From NCBI GenBank assembly GCA_048883105.1, contig JBHLQY010000001.1, positions 1-62,912 on the forward strand: 62,912 nt of DNA, written 5' to 3'. This document shows, in pieces, positions 56,120-62,912 of the stretch. The notes below the pieces were generated by a model. That model saw nothing but the letters and a program-made list of their open reading frames with translations. It had not been told where the DNA came from and did no database searches. The position numbers and the translations under genes are program-made. This DNA is from Candidatus Thorarchaeota archaeon (GTDB taxonomy: Archaea; Asgardarchaeota; Lokiarchaeia; Sigyniarchaeales; SOKP01). Position 1 is the first letter of the stretch, and every line of letters begins with the position of its first letter.

Positions 56120-57310
56120 TTATAGTTTTTTATATTCGTCGAGAATCTTATTTGCGACATGTGTAGTACTACCATACTTTCCTTCCTTTCTATACTTTGG
56201 TGGTAAGGCATCCATAGGCAATGTTTTCCAATTTTTTTCTACATCAAGCCCTCCTGCTAAAGTATTTTTTAATGCTTTCATTAACTTTTTTGATTCATTT
56301 TCAAAACCTAAATAATCAAGCATCATTGTAGCAGAAATTATGGTCGCAGCAGGATTTGCAATTTTCTTACCGGCTATATCAGGAGCAGAACCATGAGTAG
56401 GTTCGAAATATGGGATTTTTGGACCATAAACGCCCGAGCCAGCAACTCCTAATCCTCCCACTATTTGAGCGGCTTCATCGCTCAGTATATCCCCCATCAT
56501 ATTCGGAATAACGATAGTATCATGGTAATTAGGAAATCTAATCAATCTAGCCGCAAAATCATCAACAATATACGTCTCAACTTTTATTTCAGGGAATTCA
56601 TTCTCGGCTATTTTTCTAATTCTTTTTATGAACAAGCCATCTTGGGTGCGAAATATATTTGGTTTACAAACAATTTCGAGCAAGCCTTTTCCAATTCCTT
56701 CATTCTTGCGTTTCATACACATTTCACATGCAACACGCCCTACCCTGTCTGTTGCTTGAGGGGATACTATTCTTAAACCATATATTGCTTTTTCAGTCCA
56801 TCTTTCAATATCTGGCTTATAAATTAGTCCCTTTTTAATTAACTTTGTTAATTTTCCCTCTTTACCTACCGCTGCATAGCAGCCCTGTGTGCATTCTCTT
56901 ATGAAGGTATAATCTACATTTTCAACTAAATCTAGTTTGAGATTAGTGTCCATACCTTTAAAGTATTTAATAGGTCTGATATTAGCATAATTTCCGAGGC
57001 CCCATCGTAAATATGCAATTACTTGGACAGCAGTTTCATGGGTAGCCCCAAATAAAACAGCATCACTTTTATCTACTGCTTCTCTTGTCTCTGGGGGAAA
57101 CGCATTCCCCTGAGTTTCCATGGCACTCTCTCCACATGGCATTTTTTTTATTTCTAAACCATTAATGTCCATTCCTTCTAAAACGAGAACAGTCGCATTA
57201 ACCACTGTTGGACCTATTCCGTCACCCCCTAAGGCTGTGACAATCTTTTTTGGTTTATGAATATTAGGACTTTTTAGCACGCTTTTATATTTTTCTGTCA
57301 TTATTTTCAC
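56120..57310 (-). CDS. Isopropylmalate/homoisocitrate/isocitrate dehydrogenase family protein
   Basis: The ORF has GDGIGPTV, NIRP, NMMGDILSDEAAQIVGGLGVAGSG and EPTHGSAPDIAGK..ANP motifs. It lies directly downstream of the LeuC/LeuD-type genes. At 396 aa it is somewhat longer than a typical LeuB. Confidence 0.8.
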   Translation of the reverse strand: MKIMTEKYKSVLKSPNIHKPKKIVTALGGDGIGPTVVNATVLVLEGMDINGLEIKKMPCGESAMETQGNAFPPETREAVDKSDAVLFGATHETAVQVIAYLRWGLGNYANIRPIKYFKGMDTNLKLDLVENVDYTFIRECTQGCYAAVGKEGKLTKLIKKGLIYKPDIERWTEKAIYGLRIVSPQATDRVGRVACEMCMKRKNEGIGKGLLEIVCKPNIFRTQDGLFIKRIRKIAENEFPEIKVETYIVDDFAARLIRFPNYHDTIVIPNMMGDILSDEAAQIVGGLGVAGSGVYGPKIPYFEPTHGSAPDIAGKKIANPAATIISATMMLDYLGFENESKKLMKALKNTLAGGLDVEKNWKTLPMDALPPKYRKEGKYGSTTHVANKILDEYKKL

Positions 57311-57312
57311 TT

Positions 57313-57843
57313 TTATCTAACCTTTAATTCATCGACTAGTTGCTTTTCTAAACCTCCTTTTTTCAGAAGATCTAACAAAAGTGGATGAATTTTTTTACCT
57401 CTTATCTTTTTATCAGTTCTTAAATTAGTTATTTCCGCATTAGGGATATTAATTTCAATCTTATCTCCTGTATCGAATTCCTTAGAAATTCCTTCAACCT
57501 CCAAAATAGGAAGTGCCCGGGCAAAAGAAGATCTATAAAAAATTCGAGCAAATGACTCCGCTACTATTGCTGCTATCCCTTTTTCTTGAAGGATAATAGG
57601 TGCAGTTTCTCTGCTTGAGCCACATCCAAAATTTCTTCCTGCAATAATGATATCTCCATCTTTAACTTGACTCGGAAATTCTTTAATTAAAGTTTCGCAA
57701 GTATGATCCAACGTTCCTTTTAAATCATCGAAATATTTACTAGGTGAAATTGCGTCTGTATCTACATTATCGGGAAAAACCCAAACTTTTCCTTTTAAAA
57801 TATCTTTATATTCTTTAATTGCTTTTGATCCCATTATTGCCAT
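57313..57843 (-). CDS. leuD: 3-isopropylmalate (or homoaconitate) dehydratase small subunit
   Basis: The ORF has GKVWVFPDNVDTDAISP and IIIAGRNFGCGSSRE motifs. It begins 12 nt after the large-subunit stop. Confidence 0.85.
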   Translation of the reverse strand: MAIMGSKAIKEYKDILKGKVWVFPDNVDTDAISPSKYFDDLKGTLDHTCETLIKEFPSQVKDGDIIIAGRNFGCGSSRETAPIILQEKGIAAIVAESFARIFYRSSFARALPILEVEGISKEFDTGDKIEINIPNAEITNLRTDKKIRGKKIHPLLLDLLKKGGLEKQLVDELKVR

Positions 57844-57854
57844 TTAAATCACTC

Positions 57855-59123
57855 TCAATATTCTCTCGGGTCTGTTATTTCTCCTTTTAAAGCCGAAGCA
57901 GCAACAGTAGCAGGAGAACCTAAATAAATTTCTGCTGCTGGGCTTCCCATACGACCTTGAAAATTTCTATTAGAACTAGAGATACATTTTTCACCTGGAG
58001 CAAGAATCCCTCCAAGGGCTCCAAAACACGCACCACAACTTGGATTTGTAATGATGGTACCTGCTTTAATTAATGTCTCAGCAACACCAGATTTAGCGGC
58101 TTTAAGCCAAATTTGTTGCGACGCAGGTGTCACGATCATTCGAACATCGTTATGAATTCTCTTTCCTTCTAATATTTTTGCAGCTATTTCTAAATCTTCG
58201 AATCTTGCATTGGTACAAGATCCTAAAAATGCTTGGTTGATTTTAGTTCCCGCAACTTCAGAAACTGGTTTTACATTCTCTATAGTATGTGGACAAGAAA
58301 TCTGGGGTTCCAAATCACTAACATCCATTTCATATATTTTTTCATATATTGCGTTAGAATCTGGTTTAACCAATTCACAGCGTTTGGAAGTTCTTTCTTT
58401 AATCCAATCTACAATTTTTTTATCAGGAACTCCAAAAGCAAACTTCGCACCTAATTCAAGAGCAAAATTTGACATTGTCATTCTTGATGCGATGCTTAGG
58501 TTTTCCATCGTGTCCCCTGTAAATTCTATGGATTTATATGTTGCAACTTCAGCGGAATAATCACCTGCTATTTTGATAATTATATCCTTGCTCATTACAT
58601 TATGCGGCAGTTCACCTTTAATATTAAATTTAATTGAGTGAGGCACTCTAAACCATAATTCTCCTTTTACATATGCGTAAAAGAGATCCGTATTACCAAG
58701 ACCACAACCTGCAGCATTAAAAGCGCCATATGTAGTAGTATGACTATCACCACCAACTATCAACATTCCAGGTCGTATATGTCCTTTTTCAGGTAAAACT
58801 TGATGACAAATCCCTTCCTTAATATCATAAAAATTTTTGATTCCTTGCTTTCTGACGAATTTTCGAATAAGATCATGAACTGCTGCCCACCTTTCAGAAG
58901 GGGCTGGATTATAATGATCAAAAATTACAACGATTTTATTTGGATCGAAGACCATTCGTTTTTTGGAAGGTCTTATCTTATTAAAATCCAACACAACTTT
59001 TCCAGTTCCTATATGACTCATTATTAAATCAAGCTTGGCGATAATGATATCTTCTGGTTTAATATCACTTCCAGAAAGAGAATGAGCCCCTAAAATTTTT
59101 TCTGCAATTGTTTGACCACTCAT
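57855..59123 (-). CDS. leuC: 3-isopropylmalate (or homoaconitate) dehydratase large subunit
   Basis: The aconitase-family motifs are present: ICHQVLPEKG, GGDSHTTTYGAFNA, GSCTNARFEDL, NPSCGACFG and SSSNRNFQGRMG. Confidence 0.9.
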   Translation of the reverse strand: MSGQTIAEKILGAHSLSGSDIKPEDIIIAKLDLIMSHIGTGKVVLDFNKIRPSKKRMVFDPNKIVVIFDHYNPAPSERWAAVHDLIRKFVRKQGIKNFYDIKEGICHQVLPEKGHIRPGMLIVGGDSHTTTYGAFNAAGCGLGNTDLFYAYVKGELWFRVPHSIKFNIKGELPHNVMSKDIIIKIAGDYSAEVATYKSIEFTGDTMENLSIASRMTMSNFALELGAKFAFGVPDKKIVDWIKERTSKRCELVKPDSNAIYEKIYEMDVSDLEPQISCPHTIENVKPVSEVAGTKINQAFLGSCTNARFEDLEIAAKILEGKRIHNDVRMIVTPASQQIWLKAAKSGVAETLIKAGTIITNPSCGACFGALGGILAPGEKCISSSNRNFQGRMGSPAAEIYLGSPATVAASALKGEITDPREY

Positions 59124-59286
59124 TTAATTCCCTCGAAAAGACTATTTAAGATAATTTAAGTTTAAATTTTAACCTTATAGATCTATTAGAAATAAATTTA
59201 TTTTTTCAATTAATTTGAACCATAATATATTTTTTGATAGCATCCTTACATATATTGTATCTTATTAAATCAGAATAGGATTAAAA

Positions 59287-59925
59287 ATGTCCGAAAAAAA
59301 TACTGCGCAAGTAAATAATAGTGCCAGACATGTTCTTTTTCAATCCATGGATCGTATTTTAACCAATCTTAGGGATAATATGGAGCATCTTAGTAAACCG
59401 AAATATTTTAAATATACTCAGAAATTTATTGATTTAGTCTATGATGGTCTAAAAAATAAGAGAAGATTCTTTTTATTGGCTTCGGGCAGAAGTGCCTTCA
59501 TATTACAATGTTTTGCTACAAGATTGGTTCATTTAGGTGCAGAGGTATATATGATCACGAATTTAGCAAGTATACCAGCATTAAGGAGAAAAGATATATT
59601 AATAGTACTATCTGGATCTGGTACAACCAATATTGTGGTAAGTTTACTTGAAACATATGTAAATACTGTAAAACCTTATGGGATTGTTGCGATAACATCT
59701 CATCCTGATACTATTATAGGGCGAATTGGAGATATAACGATAAAACTTAAAGGTCGAACAAAACGGGATAGAGGAAAAGAGGGCGAAGAGGCCATCCTCA
59801 CTCCTGAAGGAACGATGTTTGAAGCCGTCGCATTTACTTACTTGGACGCAATCATCGCTGAACTAGCAATAAGAATGGGTAAAGCTAATGATGATTTATT
59901 AAAGGCTCACTCTGAAACTATATAG
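59287..59925 (+). CDS. SIS-domain protein, probable 6-phospho-3-hexuloisomerase (PHI)
   Basis: The ORF has LLASGRSAFILQCFATRLVHLGAEVYMI and DILIVLSGSGTTNIV, the SIS motifs in the arrangement seen in PHI. It is the functional partner of the Fae/Hps gene at 3269-4564. Confidence 0.62.
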   Translation: MSEKNTAQVNNSARHVLFQSMDRILTNLRDNMEHLSKPKYFKYTQKFIDLVYDGLKNKRRFFLLASGRSAFILQCFATRLVHLGAEVYMITNLASIPALRRKDILIVLSGSGTTNIVVSLLETYVNTVKPYGIVAITSHPDTIIGRIGDITIKLKGRTKRDRGKEGEEAILTPEGTMFEAVAFTYLDAIIAELAIRMGKANDDLLKAHSETI

Positions 59926-60067
59926 CCTAAAAATTTAAAATCTTTTTCTTTCTTTTTTCTTTAAGTCTTTAAAAGATTATTGTATTCTTAAGTAAATTTT
60001 AAGTATATCAAAATATATACTTATGATGTGCCCATTTATAGTGTTTCTAAGAGATTAATGTAAAATT

Positions 60068-60115
60068 ATTACGATGAATAGAAATCTCCAATGGGCACAT
60101 TCTATTCATCGTAAT
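60068..60115. repeat. Perfect 16-bp inverted repeat (stem) with a 16-nt loop between convergent genes
   Basis: attacgatgaatagaa (60068-60083) is the exact reverse complement of ttctattcatcgtaat (60100-60115). In addition, 60090-60100 (aatgggcacat; loop plus first base of the right arm) is complementary to 60026-60036 (atgtgcccatt). Confidence 0.7.
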
Positions 60116-60955
60116 TTATATGAGAAGGGCTCCAATCGCTCCACAGAATTCTGAATTTCTTAAAAAAATTGCTTTTTTATTGTTAACTTTACAAAGTAAT
60201 GATAACATTTTTTTTAAAACCTTATTATTCCTAAGAAATCCTCCACAGAATATTAAATTAATTATATCATTGGTTTCAGCCATTTGACAAGCAATTATTC
60301 CAACGTTTTCACCAATCATATTTATTAAAGAACTTATAATATCTTCTTTTTGAACTGAATTCATAGTAAAATTATCATTGATTTTCCCAAACGATGCAGC
60401 AGTAAATTCCCTAAAAATTGAGTTAACCCGATCGTCTTCGGGTTCATAAATATCCGATACTTTTAAATCTACATTATATCTATCTCCAATCGTTGATAAT
60501 TTCATCGCTTCCTGGAAATCATTGAAGTTAAATAGTAATTTAATTAATCCCATAAATAATCCACCTCCAAGAGCGGTTCCTCCCAAATGTTTAAACGATT
60601 TCTTTTTCAAAATTATGGAAGTTCCCGTCCCTATAGTAATTATTAAAGAATCTGGCACAGCTATTTCTTTGTTTAGCAAGAAAAGAGTTTCTATTCCTTT
60701 AATATTTGCTTGAAATTCGTTATATAATTTTGTTTCTACTTCTTTTGAATACTTATTATATAAATTGAAAGCTTTACCGCCAGTAAAATTAAATTTTTTA
60801 TAAAATCTTTTTTTTAAATCTAAAAACTTAATAATTTCTTCGAAATTTGGTTTAGTTAATATTAAATTAAGATATAAATTATCACCTTCGAGATAAGCAA
60901 TTTTTGTTAAACTTTGTCCTATATCGATTCCTATAATATTTAAAGGAATTTCAAT
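60116..60955 (-). CDS. Type II (Staphylococcus/eukaryote-like) pantothenate kinase with a probable non-canonical start
   Basis: The track ORF (from TTG 60679) matches the C-terminal two thirds of S. aureus-type PanK-II (IGTGTSI...LGGTALGGGLFMGL, GDRYNVDLKVSDIY, FTAASFG, NSEFCGAIGALL). The same frame continues upstream and encodes IIGIDIGQSLTKIAY (the ASKHA phosphate-1 motif) and FTGGKA. No ATG/GTG/TTG occurs between the stop at 61004-61006 and 60679. ATT candidates include 60955. Confidence 0.72.
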   Translation of the reverse strand: MEIPLNIIGIDIGQSLTKIAYLEGDNLYLNLILTKPNFEEIIKFLDLKKRFYKKFNFTGGKAFNLYNKYSKEVETKLYNEFQANIKGIETLFLLNKEIAVPDSLIITIGTGTSIILKKKSFKHLGGTALGGGLFMGLIKLLFNFNDFQEAMKLSTIGDRYNVDLKVSDIYEPEDDRVNSIFREFTAASFGKINDNFTMNSVQKEDIISSLINMIGENVGIIACQMAETNDIINLIFCGGFLRNNKVLKKMLSLLCKVNNKKAIFLRNSEFCGAIGALLI

Positions 60956-61098
60956 TTTCGATTGATTTATTCGAATTTTTAATAGGTCAATTTTTAAGAT
61001 TTCTTACCACTTCGCTAAAGGTTTAATTGAAAAATCCATTATAATATTATAAAATTATTTTGAGATTATAAATTAATTCTCTCAGATTATTTGTTAAA

Positions 61099-62517
61099 AT
61101 GGATCTAATAAACTCTGAAATAGTTGAAATTGCTATAGTTAAAGGTGAGACCCCTAAGGAAACTGTGTTAAATGGAATCGATAAACTCGGAGGGATTTCT
61201 AAATATATTAATGATGGAGATCAAGTATTTATTAAATTTAATTTAAAGCTACCGAATGGTTTTCCGACAAACACCAATTTTGACATACTTAACGCTGTAA
61301 TTCAATTATGCAAAAAAGCTGGTGCTAAAAAAGTTTATGTTGGTGGTTTTCCCTTCAAAGGGATTACACTAAAAGCAATTTCCGACACTTTAAGCCTAAG
61401 AGAATACTTTGATAGCATAGGGGCGGAATTAGCGTTTTTAGATAATAGTAATTATTTCTACTTGAAAAAATTTGATGCTAAGAAATTAAAAGTTGTTAAA
61501 AATAGATCATTTTCAAAAGTAAATATAAAAAACAAGTCATTTATCATTCCTAAGGTCATTCTGGAATCGAATAAACTTATTTCAGTTAATCAGGTTAATG
61601 TTGATCCTTTATTCACATTTAGATTATCCTTACTTAATTCTTATTCAATCGTTCCAAACAGATATCAGGAAGTTAAAAACGTTCTAAAAAAAGGAAAAGA
61701 TTGCATGTTAAACGACCAATACAAACAAGAATTAGATTCAAATATTATTGATGTTTTTTCTTTAAAAAGACCTAATTTAATAATAAACGACCTCTTTTAT
61801 ATTTTAGAAGGTGCTGGCCCTTACATATATAAAGATTCAAATCTGAAAAAAACAGGGATAATGGTCCTCGGAAATGATGCCGTTGCTGTAGATATAATCA
61901 CCGCAAAAATAATGAATCTCAATACAAATGCAAATGACTTAATTTTAAGAGCTGAAAAAAGTAGAATAGGTACTGCTAACCTTTCCAAAATTAAAATTGT
62001 AGGAGAACATTTTAAAGACATTAATATTGATATTGAAAAATGTGCTAATAAGCTTGACAAGATTAAATTACAGAGTTTTTCAATTAACGCAGGTCAATTA
62101 TGTTCAGGATGCTTTAAACAAGCTTATCATCTATTAAATCTTATGAAAACTAATATGACAAAGGATTTAAAATACATTACTCCACATAACTCTTTTTTAA
62201 TAGGAGACAATCCACCTAATCCTAATATTATAGGCAAGGATAACATTATTCTTTTTGGAGATTGCGCTATAAATAGTACAAGAAAAAGAAAGTTTAAAAT
62301 AATAATAAAAGAATCTAAGAAGAATAGAAGATATAGGGTAAATAAAAAAATACTAAAACTATCAGGGTGTCCACCAGATATTATCAAATGCGTGGAATTG
62401 TTAATAGATTATTACAGAAAAGGTAATGTGCCTATGCTTAATTTATATTATAAGACAATCGCTTCCTACGCTTCTAAAAAAATTAAAAAAAAAATAAGGA
62501 TATGGGAGGGATTATAG
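61099..62517 (+). CDS. DUF362-domain protein with Cys-rich C-terminal part
   Basis: The N-terminal VKGETPKETVLNGIDKLGGISKYINDGDQVFIKFNL pattern is typical of DUF362. CSGC / GDCA / SGCP motifs follow later. Confidence 0.6.
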   Translation: MDLINSEIVEIAIVKGETPKETVLNGIDKLGGISKYINDGDQVFIKFNLKLPNGFPTNTNFDILNAVIQLCKKAGAKKVYVGGFPFKGITLKAISDTLSLREYFDSIGAELAFLDNSNYFYLKKFDAKKLKVVKNRSFSKVNIKNKSFIIPKVILESNKLISVNQVNVDPLFTFRLSLLNSYSIVPNRYQEVKNVLKKGKDCMLNDQYKQELDSNIIDVFSLKRPNLIINDLFYILEGAGPYIYKDSNLKKTGIMVLGNDAVAVDIITAKIMNLNTNANDLILRAEKSRIGTANLSKIKIVGEHFKDINIDIEKCANKLDKIKLQSFSINAGQLCSGCFKQAYHLLNLMKTNMTKDLKYITPHNSFLIGDNPPNPNIIGKDNIILFGDCAINSTRKRKFKIIIKESKKNRRYRVNKKILKLSGCPPDIIKCVELLIDYYRKGNVPMLNLYYKTIASYASKKIKKKIRIWEGL

Positions 62518-62519
62518 CA

Positions 62520-62912
62520 TTGATTAACGATAATTTTAAGAGTAACTGGTCAAAAATTTTAAATTATAATTCTAATATAGAGATTTTTGACGATGCTAAA
62601 AAATTTAAAGAAAGAGTTCGAATTCCATTAACTCCAATTAAAACTGAGGGAAATGTAATATATTATCTTTTTAAACTCTTATATCCAATATTCATTAACG
62701 ATCAACAGAATATCCTTGATGCTGTAATCTCTGACAAAGGAAAAGAGATTCTGAAATTATTTTTATATGTAACTAAAAAAGCAGGAATACATGAATCTTT
62801 CCAAATATTACCAAAAGAAATGATAAATTTTCAATTGGATGATTTGCATGAGATTAATAAAATTTTTAGTGCTACTCAATCGGTTTTAATAGAAAAGAAA
62901 AATGTAAGGATC
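62520..62912 (+). CDS. Hypothetical protein, 5' partial view (runs off the window end)
   Basis: The frame is open from the TTG at 62520 to the end of the window (131 codons by my translation: LINDNFKSNWSKILNY...). It begins 2 nt after the upstream stop and is absent from the ORF track. Confidence 0.35.
   Translation, partial: MINDNFKSNWSKILNYNSNIEIFDDAKKFKERVRIPLTPIKTEGNVIYYLFKLLYPIFINDQQNILDAVISDKGKEILKLFLYVTKKAGIHESFQILPKEMINFQLDDLHEINKIFSATQSVLIEKKNVRI

Noticed and set aside
1-62912. Search for CRISPR arrays, tRNA/rRNA genes, IS elements, integrases, or toxin-antitoxin and defence gene sets.
   Set aside because: I saw no regularly spaced direct repeats and no GC-rich tRNA-like islands in the spacers. 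None of the ORFs has a transposase or integrase motif (DDE, tyrosine or serine recombinase). The only notable repeats are the 55-bp pair and the inverted repeats reported above. A computational scan (tRNAscan, Infernal, repeat finder) could still find things I missed.

Overview
This is a very AT-rich, gene-dense archaeal chromosomal window. By eye it is roughly 30% G+C, with about 60 protein genes and no rRNA, tRNA, CRISPR array, transposase or integrase that I could recognise. All product calls come from motif recognition in the supplied translations; no database search was run.

Archaeal housekeeping markers are clear: ribosomal proteins L7Ae, S28e, L24e and S6e, RNA polymerase subunit N, TFB, ProRS, a histone and a proteasome beta subunit.

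Several eukaryote-like parts point to an Asgard (Loki-type) archaeon:
- a two-domain gelsolin with a C-terminal zinc ribbon
- a BAR-like three-helix protein
- a dual-specificity phosphatase
- an EMC3/DUF106 insertase
- a C4HC3 RING/PHD-like finger on a 691-aa coiled-coil protein next to the proteasome gene
- a 1246-aa protein that combines prenyltransferase-type alpha-alpha toroid repeats, winged helices, a long coiled coil and a longin/roadblock-like end, and sits between proB and proA

Metabolic content:
- Fae/Hps plus a distant SIS/PHI gene (ribulose monophosphate pathway)
- a GlpA-like/FAD oxidoreductase/DUF1667 trio followed by GlcD/GlcF/HdrD-like genes
- leuC-leuD-dehydrogenase
- proB and proA
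- a tandemly duplicated nitronate-monooxygenase fusion
- two GPH-type transporters
- a Staphylococcus/eukaryote-type (type II) pantothenate kinase

The most striking sequence-level observation concerns start codons. Four genes (S28e, an HdrD-like Fe-S protein, a radical SAM enzyme and PanK-II) have conserved N-terminal motifs that lie upstream of any ATG/GTG/TTG. This implies ATT-type initiation, and in two cases a GGTG Shine-Dalgarno core sits at the normal spacing.

Other points:
- a Thr1-less proteasome beta subunit
- a 55-bp direct repeat bracketing a B12-radical SAM gene
- about 0.9 kb with no convincing gene upstream of the histone gene
- a nested inverted-repeat structure between two convergent genes
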